This document shows, piece by piece, positions 23,644 through 36,020 of a DNA stretch of 64,000 nt. This DNA is from Chrysemys picta bellii (lineage: Eukaryota): the NCBI RefSeq assembly GCF_011386835.1, contig NC_088807.1, positions 24,428,001-24,492,000 of the forward strand. Direction: 5' to 3'. Numbering within the stretch: the stretch's first letter is position 1; every line of letters begins with the position of its first letter. Both the position numbers and the translations under genes were made by a program. The notes beneath the pieces were generated by a model. It did no database searches, was not told the origin of the DNA, and worked only from the letters and a program-made list of their open reading frames with translations.

Positions 23644-24731
23644 GGTAGAACCGATGAATGAAATTGTTTTTAATTGTTCACTTTATTAATGTAACTTCAT
23701 CAGTAAAGTTTTATGAATGAAACAACATTCATTCCTAAAACCGGTTACCCCAATAACTGGCTAATTAACAGTTCAGATGCTTGTTAAGAGCCATAGCTGG
23801 TCAGTCAGCTGCCTTTGTACGTTTCACTATCAATCCAATTCCTGCTTAAATCACTTGCACTGTTTCAGTCTTGGAACTTCTGTTCACCATTTATTCCACT
23901 TGCCTACAGTGGAACTTCTGTTCACTGTTTGCCATCCATTATACTTGTCTATATTGTAACTTCTGTTCACTGTTTGCCATATTGTAATTCAAACCCCATT
24001 TTAAAACGCTGACTCCAGTTTGTAAGGGCTTGCTGCAACCTTCATTTCTGCAAACCCTGCTGTAATCTTATTAGTTTAGTTTAGATGTGTGAATGAGGGA
24101 TGGATGGATGATGGACTCAACCTCCAGCCCCAGCCTGTCCTGATGAAATAGAGTTCAAACACCAAGGGCTGAAGATGCAGACAAGAGCCCTAACAAAGTC
24201 AGAAGAATCCACCCTAAAAAGAAAAGGTCCAATAGAAGGAAGATCAAGGCCCGGTCCCAGGCTGAAAGTCATGTCTGCAATTGACGGGTGATCAATCACC
24301 AAACCCGGAGGCAGCGCGACACAGCAAGACCTATAGACTCTGCATTCAAACTAAAGCCTACAAAAAGGATGGGTGAGATGGAAAACTTCGGAGGAGGGTA
24401 ACATTCTGCTGCCAGCATGGAAGGGCATCGGTGCATGCCCAACAGAGACCCAGCTCGTCCTTGTAACCGGCTTTCCTGGCCAGTTAGCCGCCACAAGCTA
24501 CGAACCCCAGCTGCAAACTCAAGCAGGACTGGTAACTATGCAGCAGCTGCAGAACATCTGATGGGTGTGTGTGTGTGTGTGAGTGTGTGTTTATAGGTAT
24601 TGGGTATAATGTGTGTGTATAAGGATTAAGATATTAGTTATTGGTCATAAATCAAATTGTTATCGTAATAAATGTGGCATCTTTATCTTGTCCCCTTTAA
24701 TAAGATCCTGCTCGTTTTTATTTGTATAACA
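23644..24731 (+). mobile_element. Solo LTR-like insertion (~1.1 kb), specific to unit B
   Basis: Flanked by duplicated CAGA (possibly CAGAGGTAG), ends AATAAA...TATAACA, and is absent at the aligned site in unit A (~7925). Confidence 0.75.
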
Positions 24732-25056
24732 CAGAGGTAGCTGCATCTCAGGACCTGTACATAGAGAACTCCGCTCCTGGGGGTGCAGTGGATTGGGGCA
24801 CAGGGGAGCAGCCAGGGATTGGTGCCTGGGGGTGCTCTGGGGTATGTGCCAGGGGGCAGCTCGGCCTGGGGCTCAATGCAAGGGGTTCTCACGCCCCCCG
24901 GCCCTGGGCCGGCAGACGACAGCGCAGATCTGGGTTCCAGCAATTTATTTATTAAGAATCAAACTCAGCAAAATCATTTTAACCAAGCCCGAGCTGGGGT
25001 GGGGGAACAAAGGGAGAGGGGGTGACAGTTCTGGGGGTCAGGGTATTTTCGGGGGG

Positions 25057-28050
25057 TCACAGTCCGGGGGAGTTGGCTGTGGCCTCGGAGAAGCTGTCGT
25101 CAAGGGTCTCCCAGGCGCAGAAGCTGTCCTCGAGGGGCTGGCTGGGGCGGGGCAGGCAGGCCTGGCGCTCGGCCTGGGGCCCCTGCCAGTTCCAGTCCCA
25201 GTCCTCCAGCCCAACGGTCCAGGGGCACTGGGCGTCGCCCGACAGCTCGCAGGGCATGGAGCGACACCACACCACCTGGGGAGGGGCGGGGTTAGAGAGA
25301 GCCACGCCCACCCACAAACCCCACCCTTGTCGCATAGACCTTGCCCCCTGAACCCCATCCCCCCACTTGTGTGCTGGGAATGGTTGTGGGGGGGGAAGCG
25401 TGGGTGGAGTTAGAGAGAGACACACCCACTCCGCATAGATTTCCCCACCCACCTGCAGAGGGGCACCCTGGGACACGCCCATCACCGATTGACCCGGCAC
25501 CTCCAAGCCCCACTTCTGCCCCCCCACCAGGCCTGATGTTACAAGGCATCACCTGGGGGGGAAGGAGGTGGGGTTAGGGACACCCCCAGCCCTCCAAGGC
25601 CCCCTTCTCCCAGCCCCCCCCTCCCAGCCCCTGCTCCCCAGACCCCACCCCCCCCATCTCCCTGCTCCCCAGGCCCCCCAGGCCTCCCGCCCCCCATCTC
25701 CCATCCCCCCAGACCCCTCACCCCCCCATCTCCCAGCCCTTGCCTCCCAGGCCTCCCGCCCCCCATCTCCCATCCCCCCAGACCCCTCACCCCCCCATCT
25801 CCCAGCCCTTGCCTCCCAGGCCTCCCATACCCCATCCCACAAGAACTCACCTCACAGCCACAGCCCTCTCCATAGGCCTGGCTGACCCCACGGCGCTGGC
25901 TGGGGGGGACGCTCCCCCAGGAGTGCACGAAGGAGCACAACGAGATAACCAGGTGCTCACCCTGCCGCTCGGCTAGGGGGAGAGGGCAGAGGGAGTGGCT
26001 GGCACCGTGCCCCATAGTGACCAACAGCCCCCCCCGTGACCCCCACAGCCCCCATAGCCCCCCACAAAGCCCCCAGATCCTGTAGCCCCCCCAGTGCCCC
26101 CCACAAATCCACAGAGTCACCCAATCCCACAGAGCCACACAGACCCACATCCACCCCCACATACCCACAGAGCCCCCAGAACCCCTCCCCAGAGCCCCAC
26201 ACAGACCCACAGAGCCCTCTAAAGACTCCTAGAGCGCCCCATAGCACTGCACTGCCCTCCCCGCCCACCCCCACCCCACCCCCCCACACACACACAGGAC
26301 CACTGGGCAGGGAGTGCTGTGTCTTGGGGGGGCCGTACCCGGGGGGCGCTGAATGGGAAGGGGGCCATGTCCAGGGTGAGTGGGGGGGGGGAACACTCAG
26401 TAGTCAAGATGTACGGGGGGGCTTGGAGGAAGGGCAGGCGGACAAACCTCTGTGTTCACAGGGCTGGCTGGGAGTCATTCCAGATTAAGGAAGTCGGGAG
26501 GACTTCTCTGCCTTTGGGGGGGTTGCATCTCGCCCCATGGATCCAATCCAGGGGGTCTTGCTGCTGGGGGGGGGCTCCCGGCATGACCCTGGGGGGCTGC
26601 AGGCTCCGAGGGTCGGTCCCAGGACGTGGGGAAGTCGAGTGGCTCACCCCAGTGATCACCAGACCTGTGGGTCTGGGACCAGGGGCTAGTGTCGAGGGGC
26701 CCTGGGGGGTATTGGGAAGTCCCCGGGAGGGGGCTGCCCCAGGCGGAGTCGGGGTGCTGGGGTGCCTTACCCATGATGAGGTACTCCTCCTTCCCGTCCA
26801 GGGGCGCCGAGTGCTGGTACGCACAGAACTTCTGCCAGGAGTCGATGAAGATCACGTCCCCCGGTGACTCGGGCCCCTTGTAGGTCTGCGGGGAGACGCG
26901 CGTCAGAGCAGCAGGGGGCACTGTGGGGAGTGGGGCAGGGGGCTGGCTGTGGGGAGAGCTCCTGGCTACCCCAGTCCTGGCCTGGACCAGCAGGGGGTGC
27001 TGTGGGGCGCGGGGCAGGGGGAGTGGGGGGTTGGCGGGGGCTGGCTGTGGGGAGCAGGGGGTTGTTTGGGGGCGGGGGGCAGGTACCTTTGTGACGTTGA
27101 TCTCATAGCGAATCCAGGACTCGAACTCCTCAGTGCTTCTGGTGGGGCTCGGCGGAGTGACCCCCACGAACTTGCCCCGAATCACTGCACGGCAAAGAGA
27201 CGGGGGTCAGGGACGCCCCCAGCCCCCCACCAGGCTCATGGTATCTCAAACCACCAGAGTCAACTCTGATATGACCCAGACGATGGGGGGAATCTGGGGT
27301 CCCCCTGCCCCTTGGGTCTGGGATTCAGGACTCCTGGGTTCTTCCACGTCTTGGAGGGAGGAGGATTCCCCCCCACACACTCACTCACTCTGTGGGGGCG
27401 TCGGGCTGGAGCAGTGGCCCCAGAATGAGCTCGGAGCCGCTCCAGCGGGTAATAGCTATACTGACGCTGGGGCGCGGGGCAGGGCGGGGTGGGACATCCC
27501 AGCTGGGGGGTGGCATTTCTAGCTCTGGGGAAGGGGCACAAGCATTTATTGGTGTTTGGGGGAGTTGCAAAAATTACGGGGGGAACTATGCTGGGGGGTG
27601 GGGCAGGATCAGGGGTCACTCACCGACATTGGCCTGGCAGAACGCTGTCTGGGGGTGCCGGGGGGCAGGGTGGGGAGCTCAGAGGGGAGTGCCGGGGGGC
27701 AGGGTGGGGTCAGGGGTCACTCACCGACGTCGGCCTGGCAGAACGCCGTCTGGGGGTGCTGGGGGGCAGGGTGGGGTCAGGGGTCACTCACCAATGTCGG
27801 CCTGGCAGAACGCCGTCTGGGGGTGCCGGGGGGCAGGGTGGGGGTTCAGAGGGGAACTGGGGGGCAGGATGGGGGGCTCAGAGGGGGGTGCCGGGGGGCA
27901 GGGTGGGGTCAGGGGTCACTCACCGACGTCGGCATGGCAGAACGCCGTCTGGGGGTGCAGGGGGGCGCAGGTGCAGGCGTCCGTGGGGTCCCCCAGCACT
28001 AGGACTAGGATGGCTCCCGCCAGCAGCCAGCTCGAAGCGACAGGGCTCAT
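25057..28050 (-). CDS. TIMP1: Metalloproteinase inhibitor TIMP1-like, copy B, 226 aa
   Basis: Coding exons 28050-27924, 27184-27087, 26885-26771, 25972-25851 and 25275-25057. All GT-AG, frame intact, 12 Cys. Mature N-terminus CTCAPLHPQTAFCHADV. Confidence 0.92.
27610..27965 (-). repeat. VNTR made of the 3' end of TIMP exon 2 plus its splice donor (4 copies including the true exon; 2 in copy A at 10895-11085)
   Basis: Repeated CCCCAGACGGCGTTCTGCCAGGCCGA(C/T)(G/A)T(C/T)G|GTGAGTGACCCC on the minus strand. Confidence 0.85.
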
Positions 28051-28745
28051 GGTGACGCTGGGATCGAGGGGTCTGCGGGGGGACGGAGCTGGTTAGACCC
28101 ACAAGAGACGGAGACACCCCCAGCCCCCTCCCCCCCAAATCACCCCAGCCCCGGCCTCTCCCCGCAGTTGCCTCTCTGGCCTGAACTGGGCCTGGAGATG
28201 GGGAAAGCCCAGGGCTGGGCTAGCAGGGGCTGTGGTCGGGAGTGAGGGGCACCAGAAGAGCCTGGGGGGGGCAGGGCTGGGCTGGCAGGGGCTGCGGGTC
28301 AGGAGTGAGGGGCACTGGGAGACCGGGGGGCTGCGGGTCGGGAGTGAGGGGTACCAGCAGGGCTGGGGGGAGCCCAGGGCTGGGCTAACAGGGGCTGTGG
28401 GTCAGGAGTGAGGGGCACCGGCAGGGCTGGGGGAGCCCAGGGCCGGGCTGGCAGAGGGCTGCGGGTCGGGAGTGAGGGGCACCGGCAGGGCCGGGCTGGC
28501 AGGGGCTGTGGGTTGGGAGTGAGGGGCTCTGGTACAGCGGCAAGGGCGTATTTCTCTGCCAGAAAATAAGTGCAAGTTAGAAGATGGGGGGGCCGGCATG
28601 GGGGCCAGGGGGAGCCCGGTGGAGGAGTCTGCGGGGGCCCGGTGGAGGGGCCAGGGGGAGCCCGGTGGAGGAGTCTGCGGGGGCCCGGTGGAGGGGGCAG
28701 AGGGAGCCGGTGGAGGGGGGCAGCAGGGGGGCTCCGCTCTCCTAC

Positions 28746-28925
28746 CTGAGACCATGGGGCAGGCGAGGGCTGGAATCTGGACTTGCTCGGTGTGAGGTTC
28801 AGCCCCACTGGCTCGTATATAAGTGGCACCACACCACTCCCCTCCCCCCACACACACCTGCCAGGCTGGACGGGACGATGAAGTCATGGGAAAATAGTTT
28901 TACTTGGAAGTGGATGAGTCATCAC
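28746..28925 (-). promoter_or_regulatory. TIMP1: TIMP copy B TATA box, non-coding exon 1 and upstream AP-1 site
   Basis: TATATA at 28816-28821, donor at 28746, and TGAGTCA at ~28915-28921. Confidence 0.65.
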
Positions 28926-29520
28926 ACAAATTAAACTATTCCCCCCCCCCACTGTTACTCACACCTTCTTGTCAGCTGTTGGAAATGGGCCGTCCTGATC
29001 ATCACTACGAAAGGTTTTTTTCTCCTGCTGATAATAGCCCACCTTAACTGCAGAATCGGCTCCCAAGGGGGCTGTGGGACCCCGTCATTGGAGGGTTTTA
29101 GGAAGAGCTTGGACAAACACCTGTCAGGGCTGGTCTTGGTCCTGCCTCTGCACAGATTTGGTGACCTCTTGACTTCCCTTCCAGCCCAACATTTCTATGA
29201 TCCTATTCCAGGCTATCGATGTGTTTATATTGCGTTCACCACGGAGTATCTGGCTGGGTGGGAGACAGGAATGGATGGATGGAGGGTGGACGGGTAGTTG
29301 GGGGGGATGGGAGGCAGGGATGGATGATTGGGTGGTTGCATGGACAGATGGATGGATACATGGATGGGTGGGTGAGTGGACAGGGATGGTTGGGTGGATG
29401 ATGTTGGGACCTTGTCCACGCAGTTCCCAAGAACTCAAGCTCTTCATGGAGGTTCCTCTCCTGGCATCCAGGCCCTGATGCTGAGGGACAGGCTCAGGGG
29501 GTGGGTCCAGGGTGAACCAC

Positions 29521-31780
29521 TGTGACATTCTCTACCTCGGGGGGGAACGTGCTGTAACCCCCATGTTCCTCATTTTCATATAATCATGATCTTGCATATA
29601 AAGCAGGACTTGTAAGGTATTGGGGAAAGGTTATGATCTGCGGAAAGTCATTTCTCTATCCATCTATGTGTATCAGTAATACATATGAAGTTATGAGAAT
29701 TGTGTTGTATGGTGGTCAGGAGAGACTCAGTGATGCTCACCTAACTCTGAAGGTGGGGGGGAGCCATGAGGGAAGAAAGGACATGATAAAAGGGAGAGAC
29801 GTTTGCCAGGCTCTTCCTCCTACATCTACAGACACCACCACCCAGTGACTGAAGCGCTGATCGAAGGGGAGAGCCTGGCTGAAGAGCAACCAGCCGGCCT
29901 GCGCTGAGAAGCATCTACGTTTGTAAGGGCATTGAAAGTGTTAAGTGTTCAGATCAGCTGAGAATGCGTTTTGCTTTGATTTCATTTGACCAAATCTGAC
30001 TTGTGGTGCTTTGACTTACAATCACTTAAAATCTCTCCGTATAGTTAATAAATGTGTTTGTTTATTCCACCGGAAGCCGTGCGTTTGGTTTGGTGTGTGT
30101 GAGGGGCTCCCCTTGGGATAACAAGCCTGGTACATATCAATTTCTTTGTTAAATTGGTGTAACTGGACACTGCAAGACGGAGGTTCCTAGGGTTGTGTCT
30201 GGGACCGGAGATATTGGCTAGTGTCATTCGATTGCCAGTACCTGGGAGCAGCTCACATACCAGAGGCTGTGCATGAACATCCCCGGAGTGGGGGTTCTCG
30301 CAGCAGAGCAGGGTACGGCTGGCTCCCAGAGTCAATGTTTGGAGAGGCCTAGCAGATCTCCGGTCCAGATAACACCGGAGGGGAACATCACAGTGGTGCA
30401 GCGAGCAGGATGTATGTACGGCTTGTTACTCCACGTGAAGTTCACCCTTTAAGAACTGATAGTTGTGATGTTAAGTGAGTCTTAAGTGCGGCGGCTAAGG
30501 ACAGTCAGGGGGAGGTCACGGTTTTGTTATTTTCTGTTTGCTTCGTTTGGGAAAGAGGAGCAAGAACAGGAAAGCAGGAAAATGAGTGAAAGCAGAGAAG
30601 TGATGGCGAAGTTGGAGCTTTTGGGGCTTCAGTCCTGCACTTATGTCCTGCATAGAGTGAGGACGATGATATTGCTGAATATCTGACTACCTTCGAAAGG
30701 CTGCGTGTAATACATGAAATCTCTGATAAGAGAGTTCCTACCCTGAGGGCCGGCTCCAGGCACCAGCCGACCAAGCACATGCTTGGGGCGGCACCTCGGA
30801 AGGGGCGGCCAATCTTGCGGTGGCGGTGGGCACTCGGGGTTTATTTGTTTTTGTTTCAGCGGGGGCTGATGCGGCGCTCACGGGGGCAGGGGCTTCGGCG
30901 GCGCGGCACTGGGCAGGGCAGGGGTTGGCCCGGCGCGGCGCTCAGGGGTTTGGGCGGCCCAGCCCGGCGCTCAGGGGGGCAGGGGGTTTGGCAGCCTGGC
31001 CCAGCCCGGCACTCGGGGGGGCGGGGGTTTCGGTGACCCGGCCCAGCCCGGCACTCGGAGGGGGGCGGGGGTTTCGGCGACCCGGCCCGGCCTGGCGCTC
31101 AGGGGGGCGGGGGTTTCGGTGACCCGGCCCAGCCCGGTGCTCGGAGGGGGGCGGGGGTTTCGGCGACCCGGCCCAGCCCGGCACTCGGAGGGGGGCGGGG
31201 GTTTCGGCGACCCGGCCCGGCCTGGCGCTCAGGGGGGCGGGGGTTTCGGCGACGCAGCCCGGCGCTCAGGAGAGGCGGAGGTTTCAGTGGCCCGGTCTAG
31301 CGCAGCACTGGGGGGGATAGGGGTTTTGGTGGCCCGCCCGGCGCAGCGCTCGGGGGGGACAGGGGTTTCGGCGGCCCGGTGCTGGGGGGGGGCAGTTCAG
31401 CAGCCCAGCGCAGTGGGGCGCTGGAGGGCACGGGGGTTTCGGCGGCCCGGCCCGGCGCTGGGGGGGCAGGTGTTTCAGCGGCGCAGCGCTGGGGGGGGTG
31501 TTACGGCGGGGCGGCACTCTTTTTTTTTTTTTGCCTGGGGCGGCAAAAAAGTTAGAGCCGGCCCTGCCTACCCTGATTGCCAAATGAACTGGTAAAGCTC
31601 GAAATGTATTCAATGGAATGCCCCTCAAAGATACTTTCGACTTTGTAAATTTAAAGATACTGTTTTGCAAAGTTTTCAGATTACCCCTGAAATATTTAGA
31701 GTTAAAATTAGGAATCTGAAGAGGGATATTGGTATGAGTAATGGAGAACATGTAAACAAAATGAAAGATTTGTTACAACC
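29521..31780 (+). mobile_element. Unit-B copy of the Gypsy LTR/PBS/gag remnant, interrupted by a MITE
   Basis: LTR 29521-30392 (internally deleted relative to unit A), PBS TGGTGCAGCGAGCAGGAT, and gag remnant split at 30744/31567. Confidence 0.75.
30745..31566. mobile_element. hAT non-autonomous element with GC-rich internal tandem repeats
   Basis: TIRs (G/C)AGGGCCGGCTC...GAGCCGGCCCTG with 8-bp TSD CCTACCCT (30737-30744 and 31567-31574). The empty site is present in unit A (~18213). Confidence 0.9.
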
Positions 31781-32029
31781 ACACACCCAAAATACCAATT
31801 CATTCACCAGCTGGTAAACACATCCTCACACAGACGCCGCACGTGCTCTCTGTTCTACATCCCTCTGCATATTCTGTGGTCAGTTCCTGGGAACCGATCC
31901 CGGTACAGGTGACCGGCTGGTCACATGTTCACCATCCGCCTGCAGTTCCTTTATCTACTAACAAACTACATATTTACAAGGAATTCAGTCTTTGTTCATT
32001 GTCTCGTGGGCTTGGTCAGAACAGATCTA

Positions 32030-33560
32030 TAAATAGGTGAGGGGGTAGGGATGGTTGGGTGAATGGGGTTGGGTGGGTGGGTGCATAAATAGGTGTTTGG
32101 GAAGGGATGTGGGGGTTGGAAGGATGGATGGGTGGACAGGGATGGGTGGGTGTTTGGGGAGGTATGGATGGGTGGGTCGGTAGTTGGAGGGGAGCTGGAT
32201 GAGATGGGTGGGCAGGGATGTTTGGGTGCATAGGTGGTTGGATGGGGTGATGGATGGGTTGTTGGGATGGTTGGTTGTAGGATGGGTGGGCAGGGATGGT
32301 TGTGTGGTTGGTCAGATGGATGGGTGGGGATGGATGGGAGAGGGAATGGGTGGTTGGATGGGGTGATGGATGGGTTGTTGGGCTGTTTGGTTGTAGGATG
32401 GTTGGTTGTAACACAGGTGGGCAGGGATGGTTGTGTGGTTGGTTGGATGGGTGGGTGGGAAAGGATGGAAGAGGGGATGGGTGGGTGGGTGGATGGGTTG
32501 TTGGGATGGTTGGTTGTAGGATGGCTGGGCAGGGATAGTTGTGTGATTGGTTGGATGGGTGGGTGGGAAGGGATGACTGAGTGGACGGATGGGAGGGGGA
32601 TGGGTGGACAGGTATGGTTGGGCAGAGGTTGTTCGGAGAATGGGGTGGTTGGATGGGGGGATGAGTGGGCAGCCACAGGTGGGTGGAAGGATGGGGAGCA
32701 GGGATGGATGGTTGGATGGGGTGATGAATGAGTTGTAGGATGGTTGGTTGTAGGACGGGTGGGCAGGGATGGTTGTGTGGTTGGTGAGATGGATGGGAGA
32801 AGGGATGGGTGGTTGGATGGGTTGTAGGATGGGTGGTTGTAGGATAGGTGGCCAGAGATGGTTGTGTGGTTGGTTGGATGGGTGGGTGGGAATGGATGGG
32901 AGAGGGGATGGGTGGTTGGATGGGTTGTTGGGATGGTTGGTTATAGATGGTTGGTTGTAGGATGGGTGGGCAGGAATGACTGTGTGGTTGGTCGGATGGA
33001 TGGGTGGGAATGGATGGGTGGTTGGATGCGTTGTTGGGATGGTTGGTTGTAGGATGGGTGGGCAGGGATGGTTGTGTGGTTGGTTGGTTGGATGGGTGGG
33101 AATGGATGGGAGAGGGGATGGGTGGGTGGATTCGTTGTTGGGATGGTTGGTTATCGGATGGTTGGTTGTAGGATGGGTGGGCAGGGATGGTTGTGTGGTT
33201 GGTCGGATGGATGGGTGGGAATGGATGGGTGGTTGGATGGGTTGTTGGGATGGTTGGTTGTAGGATGGGTGGGCAGGGATGGTTGTGTGGTTGGTCGGAT
33301 GGATGGGTGGGAATGGATGGGTGGTTGGATGGGTTGTTGGGATGGTTGGTTGTAGGATGGGTGGGCAGGGATGGTTGTGTGGTTGGTTGGTTGGATGGGA
33401 AGGGATGACTGGGTGGATGGATGGGAGAGGAGATGGGTGGACAGGTATGGTTGGATGGGGGATGGTTGGGCAGAGGTTGTTGGGAGAATGGGGTGGTTGG
33501 ATGGGGGGATGAGTGGGCAGCCATGGGTAGGTGGAGGGATGGGGAGTAGGGATGGATGGG
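32030..33560. repeat. G-rich GGAT/GGTT array (unit B)
   Basis: Direct reading. Confidence 0.95.
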
Positions 33561-34421
33561 AAGGTGTCATGGATCCACAGGCCTGGTGCTCTGGCCCGGC
33601 TCTGGAACAGGTCCCCTTCAGCGTGGCAGCACCTTAGGGGCACATTCCCTCACTGGGGCGAGCCCCTCGGCTTCCCCGTCCCCCGGGATTGATCCTCGGA
33701 GCCGTCTGCACCCCTGCGTCACGCCATGAGCCCCCTGCAGCGAGTCCAGCTGGATTGGACAGCTGGGGAAGACTTGTCCCCCCAAAGGGAGCAATGCCCC
33801 CCGACGCCCGGACTCGGGAGTGACTCTCAGCCGGTGGTAAAAGCAGGAGGGTTTATTCGATGTCTGGACACAGCCTAGCGAGTCCTTTGTCACCACCGAG
33901 AAAAGGAAGTTACAGCCTGGTGGTAGGGGGCTTATTCCTTCACCCGCTCACTTCCCGGGTCCTTCTCGCATGAACAGAGCAACAATACCCCAAGTCCGAA
34001 GGTGCAAAAATTCGATGTTTATTGGGGTGAACTTCCAGCAAGCAATGATTCCAATTTCCTTCCTCAGTGTCCCCCTGCCCAGCTCTGACACCACAGAGCC
34101 TGGCCTGTGTCCCTGTTCCCATTCCCCCCCTTAGCGAAACGTGATTCCAATTCCCCCTCCCCATTCCCTGTTCCCATTCCCCCCCTTACGTCCTGATTGA
34201 CTGCAGACTATCTAGTAAAACTTGCGTTCTGCTTAGCCAGACCTTAACCAATCATTTTACTGAAATGTAACTAACCAATCCTAACCTATTGTAACATGAT
34301 TATCTAACCAATTATATCCCACCACCTTAATTGGTTTACACCCAAGAAAATTAATTATACAGCAGACAGAAACAATTGCACAATATTCAAAATATGATGA
34401 AAAATTCCCACTTCATTACAC

Positions 34422-34440
34422 ACCCTCCAGCAGGGGGCGC

Positions 34441-34488
<48 letters not shown>

Positions 34489-34650
34489 CGCAGGACCCAT
34501 CCCCTCCAGCAGGGGTCGCAGGGACAAACACAGAGTGCAGGGCCCGGCCCCTCCAGCAGGGGGCGCCAGGGACACACCCACACACACACAGCGCAGGGCC
34601 CATCTCCTCCAGCAGGGGAAGGAGGGACACACACACACACACACACACAC
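34422..34650 (+). repeat. Short CTCF-motif/CA array (about 4 units), unit B counterpart of 21562-22460
   Basis: Same unit and same flanks as the unit A array. Confidence 0.85.
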
Positions 34651-35175
34651 TCTCTCTCTGCATGTGATTCCCTAACTGGGTGGGCAGCTTCCTGGGTGCA
34701 CTATGGGGGAGGGGGAGGGGAAGCCGGGGTTCAGGGTTAACTCCGTGTGTGTGACATCGATGACCAGTGGGGGGAGGGGGTGCTGCCCCTCCCCACACAC
34801 CAGGCAGCACTAAGCGGCTGGCAGCCCCCAGGACCAGGCCAGTTTCCCCGGGGACGTCCACACCACAGCCAGGGCACTGTAGCAGCGACGCTCCCCACCC
34901 CCGGGGGGAAGGGCCTTACCCCGGGCGCAGCTCAGCGGGGATGACCCCGTCCACCATCGACCTGCATCTGTACCAGGCATGGAACCACCTCGCCCTGGTG
35001 CGCGGGGCTGGCAGCCAGGACTCCTGGGTTCTCAACAGGCACCTCTCACCAGTTTGAGACCCTCTAGGTTAGAGCGGGGGCACTAGAAGTCAAGTCAAGT
35101 AGGATTTCCCGTTTCCTCTTGGCCTTCTGAGCATGGGAAATCAAAAAGCCACTAGAGGGGAGCAGAGGCCCACGG

Positions 35176-36020
35176 TAGAATCATAGATAAAATCGGGACA
35201 TCTGGTCACCCTGGTTGGAAGGGACCTCAGGAGGTATCTAGTCCAACCCCCTGCTCAAAGCAGGACCAACCCCAACTAAATCATCCCAGCCAGGGCTTTG
35301 TCAAGCCGGGCCTTAAAAACCTCTAAGGAAGGAGATTCCACCACCTCTCTAGGTAACCCATTCCAGCACTTCACCACCCTCCTAGTGACATAGCGTTTCC
35401 TAATATCCAACCTGGACCTCCCCCACTGCAACTTGAGACCATTGCTCCTTGTTCTGTCATCTGCCACCACTGAGAACAGTCTAGATCCATCTTCTTTGGA
35501 ACCCCCCTTCAGGTAGTTGAAGGCTGCTATCAAATCCCCCCTCACTTTTCTCTTCTGCAGACTGAATAACCCCAGTTCCCTCAGCCTCTCCTCGTAAGTC
35601 ATGTGCTGCAGCCCCCTGATCATTTTCATTGCCTTCTGCTGGACTCTCTCCAATTTGTCCACATCCCTTCTGTAGTGGGGGGCCCACAACTGGATGCAAT
35701 CTTCCAAATGTGGCCTCACCAGTGCCGAATAGAGGGGAATGATCAGGTCCCTCGATCTGCTGGCAACGTTCCTACTAACGCAGCCCAATGTGCCGTTAGC
35801 CTTCTTGGCAACGAGGGCAACCTGCTGACTCATATCCAGCTTCTCGTCCACTGTGACTCCCAGGTCTTTTTCTGCAGAACGGCCGTCCAGCCACTCGGTC
35901 CCTGGTCTGTAGCCGTGCATGGGATTCTTCCGTCCTAAGTGCAGGACTCTGCACTTGTCCTTGTTGAACCTCATCAGGTTTCTTTTGGCCCAATCCTCCA
36001 ATTTGTCTAGGTCCCTCTGG
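35176..36020 (-). mobile_element. CR1 LINE 3' fragment (RT C-terminus), carrying a MITE remnant
   Basis: ORF 35276-36001 reads [20 protein letters not shown]...[11 protein letters not shown]...[13 protein letters not shown]...[18 protein letters not shown]. Confidence 0.95.

Larger units (their letters stand above)
7790..35212. repeat. Tandem segmental duplication: unit A ~7.7-23.1 kb, unit B ~23.1-35.2 kb
   Basis: Colinear matches: 7790-11850 with 23420-28870, 15550-20335 with 29045-33920, and 21518-23010 with 34378-35190, interrupted by unit-specific insertions and deletions. Confidence 0.92.

Noticed and set aside
35276-36001. 241-aa ORF as a host gene
   Set aside because: It is the C-terminus of CR1 LINE ORF2 and is 5'-truncated. 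The same applies to 63159-63545.
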